This document shows, in pieces, positions 36,473 to 45,409 of a stretch of DNA of 64,000 nt. Below the pieces are notes generated by a model that had not been told where the DNA came from, searched no databases, and saw nothing but the letters and a program-made list of their open reading frames with translations. Each line of letters opens with the position of its first letter. Within the stretch, counting starts at the first letter, position 1. Where the stretch lies: assembly GCA_963710065.1 (NCBI GenBank), contig CAVPYU010000005.1, positions 491,053-555,052 of the forward strand. Reading direction: 5' to 3'. This DNA is from an uncultured Thermoleophilia bacterium (lineage in GTDB: Bacteria; Actinomycetota; Thermoleophilia; Solirubrobacterales; CAVPYU01). The position numbers were made by a program, and so were the translations under genes.

Positions 36473-38677
36473 TCACTTACGTGGATAGACGACCACCGAG
36501 CGTGACGGTGAGGTCACGGTCGAGTACGACCAACCCGACTCTGCCGGTATCTTGACCCTGAACTTGATCCTCTGTTTGTAGGCGATGAACTTGAACTTGT
36601 GGGAAGTCTTGAAGCGGCCGCGCTTACCTTTAGTTCGGATCGTACGGAAGGTCTGCCACCGAGCCCTCTTTCCCGACCGGTTTCTGAATTGCAGCTCGAC
36701 TATCTTGCCGCGCTTCGGGGTGTCTTGTCACCCTGGTGATAGACACGCCCCGAGATTCGCACCCTCCTGCCGTTCGGCAGGTTCCTCGGCCTCAACTTAA
36801 AGCCGACCCTGCTCTTGACGAAAAGCGTTATCGCCCGCGACTCCGCCCTTCTCCTGGTCGGTGAGCCGTCGTAGAAGGCCTTGACATGCCTGCCGCCGCC
36901 TCTCGGCAACCGGTAGCTAAACAGTCCGCTCTCCGTCGTCTTTACCTCTCCAACTAGCCTGTATTCGCGGTCGCCGGAGGATTCAGCCATCGACGACGTG
37001 CCGATCTTGATCCTTGCATCAGGCACCCCCTTACCCGATCTCTCGACCAGGCGGCCGTGTACCTGTACGCGCTCTCCGTATCCCACCTGGAGCAGATTGG
37101 TATAGATGCCGGCACCACCCCTTGTCTTTTTCTTCTCACTCTTTTTCCTACCGCAGACCCTCACCGTCACCCCGTCCTTGCGAATGCTCTTGCAGCGCTT
37201 CTTCTTCCTGCTCTTGTCGGCGGCCTCTGCAATACCTAGATCAAATGTCGCCTTGCTTGACCTCTTTCTGCTGCCTTTTTTCTTTACCCCGTAGCCACAG
37301 TGCTTACCGATCCTTCTCTCATACCTGCGCATCGATCTTTCTTGGCGTTTTGTGCCGGCGCTCTGGTGCCTCTCTTGCGCTTTTAGCTTCCTGTCGCGCG
37401 CTTTACGGTAGCCAGACTTCGCCCTCTTGCAGGCAGGGTTCGCACTCGGCCTCTCGAAGAATATCCCCGCATCGCCACCGTATTTGAAAGTACGAGCCGA
37501 ACTTGATCGGGGTGAGCGCTGTGTACTTGTTGCCCTCTGTGTCCAGGTCGCTCGAGCCTACGTTTGCCTACATTGTCCTCACCTGTCGCCAGGTACTCGA
37601 CCTTCTTGTCCTCAGGTATTGAGTCGTCGTCAATGTGGGCAACAAGCTCGTCTGACGCTGCAACATACTCAGTCGCCATAGCTTTCCACTTAGCAGTATC
37701 TTCAACCCTCCAGTAGAGCTTTCCGGTCTTAAAACCGGAGTGCTCATCGACTGCCTTTGCCCGCACCTCCGTCGGGTCGTCGGGGTTCTTTGGCTTTGAC
37801 GAAGCCCAGTGTCGGCGGCTTGCTGTCGACACGAACTGACAAGTTCTGTCTGGTCACCTCTGTTGCCTGCGACGTCCTGTCGCGTATGTCTTCAACGTGT
37901 GCATACCTGTCTCGATAGAAGTCGATCGACTCGGTCGTGCCCTGTGCAACCTGTGTCGAGCCACCATCCACCGAGTACATCAGGCCGGACCCTGTCTCCT
38001 GGGGGTCGACCCCCGAGTAGCTGTCTGATGCAGTCAGGCCGATCGTTACCGGGCCTTTTTGCCAGCTGTCTGTATGCCCTGTCACATCTACCGTTGGCTT
38101 TGTCTGGTCGACCTTTATCAACTCACTGTTTACCGGTCCGGGAACACCTGCGCCGCTGATCGCCCTTACATGTATGTAGCTCTCGCCTTCAGATACTGAA
38201 CCGGGTAGTTCGGTGGTCCTGTTATCTTCGCCAGGATGGGTGATCTCCTCGTCGGGATCTCCGTCCGGGTCTTGATCAAAAGCTACCGCGTAGCCGGCAA
38301 TCTCGGATACTGGAATTTCCTCGCTTTTCACCGGCTGCCATTCAACAGCCTCACCAGCACTGACGTACCCGTTAATTGCATCCGGCATAGCATCCCCGGG
38401 CGGCTGATCGTCCCACTTTACTCCTTTCAAAACAGCAGTTGATTCAGGTTGATTCCCAGCCTCATCTCGTAACCACACGGTAATAGTGTGGTTCGCCTGA
38501 GAACCACATCGCAGGTTGTTTAGTTCATGGAGTTTGCCCCTTCAATTGCGTCCACGGATCCCGCCACCCCAACGCTGATAACCGCCGAAATTGGTGATCC
38601 GTTACCTTGACTTGGGTTATCCCACGATAGTCGAATGACGAATGCTGTGCCACCCTGTCACCGCCTGCGACCGTCAT
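36473..38677 (-). pseudogene. About 735-codon Ig-like-repeat surface protein gene broken by at least six frameshifts
   Basis: Its ATG 38677 overlaps the upstream stop (ATGA). The reading frame has to be changed near 38590, 38537-38540 (C4), ~37790, 37563-37565, 37487-37489 and 36717-36720 (G4). With those changes, sensible sequence continues: ...NHTITVWLRDEAGNQ..., DQTKPTVDVTGHTDSWQKGPVTIGLTASDSYSGVDP, ...KPKNPDDPTEVRAKAVDEHSGF..., ...GSSDLDTEGNKYTALTPIKFGSYFKYGGDAGIFFERP..., ...GKIVELQFRNRSGKRARWQTFRTIRTKGKRGRFKTSHKFKFIAYKQRIKFRVKIPAESGWSYSTVTSPSRSVVVYPRK*. Track ORFs 37744-38478, 37383-37832 and 36700-37332 are fragments of it. Confidence 0.7.
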
Positions 38678-39645
38678 GTTTGTAGGTTGTGTCGGAACGT
38701 ATTGTCGCTACAGAACCATCCATCTGTAGTGACTTGCATAGCGTCCGCCACTTCTTGTCCTACTCCTGTAATCATGTGACAGCCGTCTGAGAAGTTTGCT
38801 GTGTTTATTGAGTAGTACTTCCATTGACCTTCGGGGCATGGTGCTAGTGAGTCGTAGTGACCTCCTGAAATATGGCAAGCAGGCCCGTACCACTCTTGGG
38901 TTGCTCCCCCATCGAGGCGCCAACCAATCTGGCGAACGCCGCTACCTGTATCGTGGGCATGCACGAGCATATCCTGAGTACCTTTTACCCAACCTCCATT
39001 GAAAAGAGATCCACTAAGGGGGTCGATCCAGATGTTTGTTCCGTCGTACATTGTGAACTCGAAGTCCGAACCTTCAATTCGTCCCGCAGCGAAAGGGATG
39101 CAGTCGTAGCTGCCAAAGCATCCTGTATGAAATGAGACTTGCACCATATTCATGGCACCGGTGTCGAACCATGTATAGCTCGTGTTTGCATTCGGTGAAA
39201 AAAACCAATCACAACCGCCTACGTTGTCCCAACACCTTGCCATTGACATAATCATGCCGTTAGACCACTTCCGCCCGTGCCCGGTCCATCTGTAAATGGT
39301 CGTATACGGTGGGGCGTTTATGTACCACTGTGCGTACTGGCCTGGCCAATATCCGATATTGGGTATGTACCATCTGAGTCCGGCAGCTCCGGGACAAGCG
39401 GAGTTTTCTGTGCTAAAGGCTCCAGATGGGTTGTATGCCACCCATCCGTGTGCTGCACCATAGCCGTCATGGCATTGCTGAACGGTATAAAAACCGGACG
39501 CTTTAGCAACCTCAACATGAGCAAGAGGTATCCCGCTCGGGACACCAGCAGGCAAAGCAGCGTATGTAGCCAAGACCAGTATCGCCGGTAACACCGCTTT
39601 CAGCAAAAATGATCTTCTTTTCAGATCCAAGTTGCTTGTACTCAT
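38674..39645 (-). CDS. Tat-signal secreted Cys/Trp-rich protein of unknown function
   Basis: ATG 39645 lies 7 nt after GGGGGA. The N-terminus is MSTSNLDLKRRSFLLKAVLPAILVLATYAALPA, with an RR-x-F-L-K twin-arginine motif. The mature part is rich in W, C, G and Y. HAHDTGSGVRQIGWRLDGGATQEW resembles the D-SGV---Y-(V/I)DGG strand seen in the neighbouring Ig-like proteins. Confidence 0.7.
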   Translation of the reverse strand: MSTSNLDLKRRSFLLKAVLPAILVLATYAALPAGVPSGIPLAHVEVAKASGFYTVQQCHDGYGAAHGWVAYNPSGAFSTENSACPGAAGLRWYIPNIGYWPGQYAQWYINAPPYTTIYRWTGHGRKWSNGMIMSMARCWDNVGGCDWFFSPNANTSYTWFDTGAMNMVQVSFHTGCFGSYDCIPFAAGRIEGSDFEFTMYDGTNIWIDPLSGSLFNGGWVKGTQDMLVHAHDTGSGVRQIGWRLDGGATQEWYGPACHISGGHYDSLAPCPEGQWKYYSINTANFSDGCHMITGVGQEVADAMQVTTDGWFCSDNTFRHNLQT

Positions 39646-39752
39646 CTTCGTCCCCCTGCTGTTTGCTTTATCGGATTCCATCGACTGTTGGATTTCTGAT
39701 TGCGGCTTCTGTTCTGGCCGTTCTTGAAAAACTTCGTTTCTGCCACGTTCGA

Positions 39753-41060
39753 TCAACCCCCCGGCTCCGGCTGGGCGCCCAGGCTGTCGGGGCTGAACTC
39801 GGCGTCTCCGTCTGACTCTGCTGGAGGTTCGGCCTGTGATCCCGAACTTTCTGGCCCCGCGGCTTGCCCGGTGGGCGCTGCGGTTTCATTCGACCGACCT
39901 GCGGCTTGCTTGTCCGTCTTGTTGTCTCTTTTTTCGGCACTGCTCTGAGGCCGTGCGTACGACTTCGTTGGCAGTGCCTGCGAGTCAGGTTTCTGTGATC
40001 CCTGATAACTCGGGCCAATGTTCGTAGGATGTTTCACCCGCTTGGGCTTGGTGTCTATGTTTGCGGCTTTGGTGTTGGTGAACACGTGCTTCACGTCTGG
40101 AACGCCCTGGACCGCTCCGACGACTATGCATGCGGCTGCGGCGCTGCAGGCGGCGGCGATCCTGCCCGGTCCCAACCCGGATGCGCTGGCGCCGGTCGCT
40201 GCTTGGCCGACCGGCTCCGTGCGCCCAAGGATTCCATGCATCACAAGCTTCAGCTTGTCGGCAGACCCAGTGGCCAAATCCGTTACCGAGTGGATCGCAC
40301 CCGACAGTCTCCCAGAGCCGACTCTCCCGCCAAACAAAAGCTGAGCAGGTAGTGCCGCGACTAGCACGGTCCCCACTTCGCCCCGTGCCTTCTCGATGTA
40401 AGCCGTACAGACATCACATATCTCCATGTGCGCTCTTAGCTTGCTGCGTACACGCCGGTCTAGCTTTTTTTCCTCACCGCGTCCAACCCTTGTATCGTGA
40501 GCGTACGCCTCAAGCAAACGCACCTGTTTGTCGCAGATACCTGCATCTTGGTGCATCATGACGTCGCCGATCGCAGAGTTAACGTCTCTTACGACTCGTT
40601 TGACCCTTTGGTGAGCGACACCGGCGATCGATTCGATCTCACCCTCACCGAATCCCTGTTTTGAGAGGCTGAACACGAGTGCTTTCTCATCCGAGATCCT
40701 CGATATCACCTCGAGCCACGCATCGAGTGAAAGCAGTGGCTCTTCAAACGACTCCGCCTTCGCGCTTGAGGTCTTCATCGTTTCTATCGCCGCATCGCGT
40801 CGCTTTTGAGAACGAGCCATATGCGCCGCCTCGGTAAGCGCCATGTAGCAAAGCTTCCTACCAAGATCGTCTACATCTTTTTCCAAGAGGTCCTCTCGCC
40901 CAAGTGCCTTGGTGACCATCTGCTGGTAGGCGTCCTCGGCCCAGCGAGACCCAAACCTTTTGCAGTTCTTCCAGATCAGGCCGTTGTAACGCTCGAGGGC
41001 CTCACTGATCTTCTGGTTGCGAGCCTGTTCCTGTGAATCAAGTGCAACTGCCGAACTCAC
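39753..41060 (-). CDS. Single-polypeptide fusion: ECF-like sigma regions 2 and 4 + zf-HC2 (ZAS-type) anti-sigma motif + TM helix + Pro/Ser/Gln-rich extracytoplasmic tail
   Basis: 435 aa. ERYNGLIWKNCKRFGSRWAEDAYQQMVTKAL is region-2-like. ISDEKALVFSLSKQGFGEGEIESIAGVAHQRVKRVVRDVNSAI is region-4 HTH-like. HMEICDVC matches H-x3-C-x2-C. IAAACSAAAACIVVGAV is hydrophobic. The GTG start overlaps the upstream stop (GTGA). Confidence 0.6.
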   Translation of the reverse strand: MSSAVALDSQEQARNQKISEALERYNGLIWKNCKRFGSRWAEDAYQQMVTKALGREDLLEKDVDDLGRKLCYMALTEAAHMARSQKRRDAAIETMKTSSAKAESFEEPLLSLDAWLEVISRISDEKALVFSLSKQGFGEGEIESIAGVAHQRVKRVVRDVNSAIGDVMMHQDAGICDKQVRLLEAYAHDTRVGRGEEKKLDRRVRSKLRAHMEICDVCTAYIEKARGEVGTVLVAALPAQLLFGGRVGSGRLSGAIHSVTDLATGSADKLKLVMHGILGRTEPVGQAATGASASGLGPGRIAAACSAAAACIVVGAVQGVPDVKHVFTNTKAANIDTKPKRVKHPTNIGPSYQGSQKPDSQALPTKSYARPQSSAEKRDNKTDKQAAGRSNETAAPTGQAAGPESSGSQAEPPAESDGDAEFSPDSLGAQPEPGG

Positions 41061-41338
41061 GACCCACGCCCCCTCGATTCGGCCAGGGCGCTTTTGAGTG
41101 ACCTGTTGGCATCCAGTAGGTCTGTAAACATGTCGAGCTCAGCGCCGTCCAACAGATCCATTGAGAAGAGCTTCCTCAAAAACACCGGCGTCAAGGGCCC
41201 TGATGCCACTGCATCGACTGCCGACTCAAGCCTTTCCAGCGCGGTGGTGACAGCGCACGACACGGGTCTTGCACCACTGCCTTCACCGGTCGAGATGCCG
41301 AAGTTTTCGCCTTCTGCCTGTCCACCGGATTTTCCCAT
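41057..41338 (-). CDS. Hypothetical 93-aa protein, first gene of the sigma-fusion operon
   Basis: This is an ORF only, with a Gly/Glu-rich N-terminus and a helical-looking C-terminal half. It overlaps the next gene by 4 nt. The AGGAGA sits almost directly against the ATG, so the start is uncertain. Confidence 0.4.
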   Translation of the reverse strand: MGKSGGQAEGENFGISTGEGSGARPVSCAVTTALERLESAVDAVASGPLTPVFLRKLFSMDLLDGAELDMFTDLLDANRSLKSALAESRGRGS

Positions 41339-41556
41339 TCTCCTACTAGACGCCCAACAACACTTTTTTTGCCGGACATTTTTGAAATATTTTTTCGGGC
41401 AGCGTGTGTTTTTGCCCCAAAAGAGGCGGCTCCTATATGCTCGTCCACCTTGCGGCCGCCACTAATCATCTTTGGCTACACAGCTTGCCCTTCTACTTGC
41501 ATAAATCGATCTCTATCAGAAGCAAGTTTTAACGCTTTTATTTGAAATCAAGCCAA

Positions 41557-41630
41557 TGCGTCATATGATGACGCATAATAATATACTTTGACACAACGTA
41601 TATTGTGCGTCATACTTCTATCATGACGCG
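41557..41630 (+). promoter_or_regulatory. Two TGCGTCAT/ATGACGC inverted repeats flanking a TTGACA-N17-CATACT promoter; the predicted transcript is leaderless
   Basis: IR1 is TGCGTCAT (41557-64) atg ATGACGCA (41568-75). The -35 box TTGACA is at 41588-93 and the -10 box CATACT at 41611-16. IR2 is TGCGTCAT (41606-13) N9 ATGACGCg (41623-30), and its right half contains the antitoxin ATG 41623. Confidence 0.55.
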
Positions 41631-41877
41631 TACAGCCAGATTCAACTTAGTTCGTGACGACGCTTTGGATAACAAGCTAGAAGCGCTGGCTTCTTATGCA
41701 GAGCGGAACGAGATCAAGACCGACGCAGCACTTTTGCGTGCGATGATCGACGCCGGCTATGACGCATTGCGCAGAAGAGAGCTGAGAGAAGCTTTGACAG
41801 CAAACGCGAAGTATCAAGACGACACGATTGCTGATGAGGCAGCGCTGCTAAACGCATCCGATCTGGAGGGTGAGTGA
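41623..41877 (+). CDS. Putative antitoxin of the second PemK/MazF module
   Basis: 84 aa from ATG 41623 (MTRTARFNLVRDDALDNKLEALASYAERNEI...) with an acidic tail. Its stop overlaps the toxin start by 4 nt. The track ORF starts at GTG 41605. Confidence 0.6.
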   Translation: MTRTARFNLVRDDALDNKLEALASYAERNEIKTDAALLRAMIDAGYDALRRRELREALTANAKYQDDTIADEAALLNASDLEGE

Positions 41878-42224
41878 AAAGGAAACAGCCTGAGGCGGGT
41901 TGCATCTACTACACGGGCGTAGGCTTCAAAGAACGCAAACGTTTGCTAGTCGTATCTAATGACGATCTGAACCTAGACCCGCAGTGGCGAAAAGTCATAT
42001 GTGTATACGTCACAAGCAAGCATGTGCCTGGCGGGCCTTGGGTATCTCTACCGAGCCACGGAAAGAACTCAGTGGCTAACTGCACGGAGTTGTTCACGCT
42101 CGAGAAGAGACGATTGGATCAACAGGTCGGTGAATCTATCGATGCCTCAGAAATGCGAGAGGTATATCGTGGAATTGCTCTGGCATTGGGTGCTGAGGAG
42201 ATGTACCGGGGCCTCTATCGATAA
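41874..42224 (+). CDS. PemK/MazF-family toxin (second copy)
   Basis: 116 aa. GCIYYTG...RKRLLVVSNDDLN...ICVYVTSKH...NSVANCTELFTLEKRRLDQQVG parallels ESVANCDNILTIEKTRLGKQYG in the toxin at 30950-31276. Confidence 0.7.
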   Translation: MKRKQPEAGCIYYTGVGFKERKRLLVVSNDDLNLDPQWRKVICVYVTSKHVPGGPWVSLPSHGKNSVANCTELFTLEKRRLDQQVGESIDASEMREVYRGIALALGAEEMYRGLYR

Positions 42225-42335
42225 GTCCTCTGCTCAAGCTCCTCATAAACCAGCGCTTCAATAGACCTTTCGAGATATGAAAATGAACGCGTGTCACCTG
42301 GAAGAGGTTGGTGCGTAGCAGTGGTATTCGTTCCA

Positions 42336-43640
42336 TCAACCTGCGCGTGCAGGCTGAGATTCGCTGTTGATGAGAGCTGAACCAAGAGCGTCCAGGGCGA
42401 CTTTGTTTCGCTCTCGATAGACGAGAACTACGTCGATGGTTCTGGTCTCGGTTTCTATCTTCTCGACGAAGCGATCCACACCGTTTCCAAGCGCTGCCTT
42501 GTCGTCTACGTCATATGTATGTGCGGTGAAGGCCAGGGCCAGATCGACGACCTCGCTGAGCAGCGGGCTGGTCGGCCTTCGCTCGCCCAGGTATGTGCGC
42601 AGAAGGCCCTCTTTGAACTCGCCTAAAAATCCCTGTGTTTGAAAGCCTTTTCTAATCGGCGATTTCTGCAGACTTTCAAACAGCGCAAGCTCGTAGGCGA
42701 CGCAGACTTCTTGCCGCTGGCCATTGCAACGCCCGGCCGATGTTAAATGCCAGGTCGGCGGCCTCACGAATCCCACGTGCATTTAGCTGGAACGGAACGG
42801 TCTGGTAGTAAAAGGAGTACCGGCCCTCGAGCCCATCGAGCACACGTCGCCGCTTTAAGCCTTCGGAGACGACGACATCCTCTCTCTGTTTTAGGAACCT
42901 GTAGGCGGTTGGAGTCGCTCTCATAAGACTTGCTGAGAATGGGATGATCAGCGCAAAAGCTGCTAGCGCGATTATCCCGACTGTCTGATATACAACAGCA
43001 GTTACCGCTATCAGCAGGATCGCCGTGAGCTGTGGCAGGATCGTCGGGATGTAGTCGTATCGGACAAGCTTTAACCATCGTTCCTTCGTCTCAACCGAAA
43101 TGTTTGTACTGACGATTACGAAGTTGATCACATCGAACGTGACACCAGCAGCACAGAACGCCGACGAAGAACATCGGATCTGTAGCACTTGCTGTGTTTG
43201 AAGTTATTGCTTCAAATGCGTACGCAGCAGCGAGCGCTGCCCACAGAGTATGATGCCAGTGTTGATAGAAGTCCCGCAAGACTGCTGGTTCGGTTTCCCA
43301 TCTTTAGCTTGCTTTTCATGATTCGCTCTGCGATATCGGTGAGCAACTCGGATACCACGCCCACTACAACAGCAGGCGCCGGCCCCAAAAAAACTGCAGC
43401 AATTAAAAATGCAAGAGCTGCTGTTGAGACATCGATTTTGCCACTGGTCGTGACTCTCGCAAAGAGGTTTGATGCAACCGCAATAAACAGAAGCACGGCG
43501 AGGAGCGTTAGATCCCACTTTGATGAGCCAAGACTTACGAGAAAAATGGGGATGAGTGCAATTAGCTCAATCCCAGATATGGCAAACGAGGCGACTTCTC
43601 GACGTCTGTTCTCAAGTCCGTTGGTCCTAGTAATAGACAT
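42336..43640 (-). pseudogene. Fragmented multi-TM membrane protein gene (at least three frameshifts)
   Basis: Track ORFs 43212-43640, 43091-43279, 42676-43188 and 42336-42782 are consecutive, overlapping, same-strand fragments. Their plausible parts join end to end: TM-rich ...LIALIPIFLVSLG..., ...ILPQLTAILLIAVTAVVYQTVGIIALAAFALIIPF..., and a soluble C-terminus ...VDLALAFTAHTYDVDDKAALGNGVDRFVEKIE.... Confidence 0.55.
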
Positions 43641-43681
43641 TCTTCCTCGCAGCAGTGTGCTTGCCTGTTGCTTGGTATGAC

Positions 43682-45409
43682 CTAATCCGAAGAGCCTTTG
43701 ACTACCGACTCACGACCTATCGGTTCTGCGACACCGTGGGGGAACTTTACTTTTCGCCCGTGCTTTGGTGGTCGTTTCTTTCTAAGGAATCCTGCGGTGT
43801 AAAAGTCGATCGCTTCCTCATATGTACGTCGATCCTCATGTCTGTAGTTAAGCTCTGGGTCCTTTTCAAGTGCCTCAACGAGAGCCTCCACATAGCGTTG
43901 TTCAAAGAGCTCCGGCTTGCTTCGCAGCTCAGCGATCGCCTCCTCCCTACTTCGACGACTCTGGTAGGTGTCGCGTGCAGTTATCACGTCGTAGGTGTCG
44001 GCGACCCGAATAATCTTGGCAAGCTGCGGTATCTCATGACCCTGGAACCCGCGCGGGTACCCAGTTCCATCCAAGTTCTCGTGGTGACAACGAATAATCT
44101 GGGCCAGATGCTTGAATCCAGCACCCAGTATTCTGTCGGCTCCTGCATTTGGGTGGTCCTTTATATAGAGACGGTCTACCTCTGTGATCTCATCACGGCC
44201 CTTGGTTCCATCCAGCAGTGGCCCCGGCCAGCTCGTCTTGCCTACATCGTGAACCAGCGCTGCCCTGTACCCGCGGAAACGCTGTTTGGTAGAAAGGCCT
44301 GCAGCGCAAGCAATCTCATGCGTATATAGAGCAACGGCGGCACAGTGGGTGCCTGTACGGTTGTCACGACCATGCAATGCTTGTACGCGAGCAGTCAGTC
44401 TGTCAAAGGCCTCGCACTCTATGGTGACCTTCTTGTTCTGAGCGTGCCAATAGTAGAAGAGAATCCGCAAAAGTCCCAAAGCCATTAGTAAGCAACGCCG
44501 ATGTCCTCGACCAGATGCGTAGTAGCCGTATAGAACACCCATGCCGAGAGCGGCGATCACGATCTCGGCTGGGATGAGGAAGGCGAGCATCTTCGCGCCT
44601 GACCCAAATGGGTATCTGCTCGACCCATGTGTCGATTGTTTCCCGAAGTAAAAAATTGATCGCAAGTACCAAGGCAAAGGCGGCTTGAAAGACCAGGTAA
44701 TACGCAAGGGTCCTGATAGCTAAGTTGAAAGACACCGATGAAATGGTGAAAGAGAAGCCCCGGGATTAGTGCAAACCAGGCCTTGTCTGCGAGGTCGCCG
44801 GCGATGCCCAGCTGGACCGGTCTATTAAAGCCACTCGTTGACCCAGCCGGCTCCGGTGCTTTAATCGGAGCAGCAAACCACCGCCATGTCCCTACGACCA
44901 CCGGCTTTGGTTTCCTTATCGACATCACCCTTCGTAACGCCACATTTACCTTTGTTACTACTACTGACCTCAGACTGGCAATGCGTATCTTTCCCGGTTG
45001 CTCCGGACTACTGTGAAAGCCTGCGCTAGCTGGCTCAAGCAGGCGGAGTAAAATCCTGCGGCGAAGAATGGTGACATGCTTTCCTTCATACCAGCGGTGA
45101 AGCTCTTTGTATACTCGACAAGCGGGTAGTAGAGTTCTCCAATCAAATCGACCGGCACCCGACTACAATCGCGGCGTCAGCGGGTCCAAGCACCACGGCG
45201 GCTATGAAGTATCGCCAAGCGGCAACCCGTCTATGGGCAGATCCTGCTGAACTTCGATCTTCAGGAATCTGGCAAAGACGGCCAGCCAAGCAGTATCACG
45301 AATAATCCCGGCTGCTGTCAAAAGCTTTGACCGCTATCCACTACCAAAGCACAGTACCAGCGCAACCACTACTACGACATTCAATGCATACGCCTGCCTA
45401 TAGTACACT
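43682..45409 (-). pseudogene. Membrane-anchored HD-GYP domain phosphohydrolase gene, N-terminal half broken by at least four frameshifts
   Basis: The intact C-terminal ORF (43682-44707) carries LVHDVGK and CHHENLDGTGYPRGF, the HD-GYP signature. Upstream same-strand fragments (44403-44735, 44557-44943, 44970-45158 and hand-translated pieces up to a GTG at about 45409) encode TM-like segments: SFNLAIRTLAYYLVFQAAFALVLAINFLL, DKAWFALIPGLLFHHFIGVF, IIRDTAWLAVFARFLKIE and ALNVVVVVALVLCFGSG. Confidence 0.6.

Noticed and set aside
41339-41470. ECF-type promoter for the sigma-fusion operon (CGTC 9 nt before the 93-aa ORF ATG)
   Set aside because: No GAAAC-like -35 lies at 16-17 nt (the sequence there is CCGGCA), and the box is too close to the start codon to judge. 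It is left uncalled.
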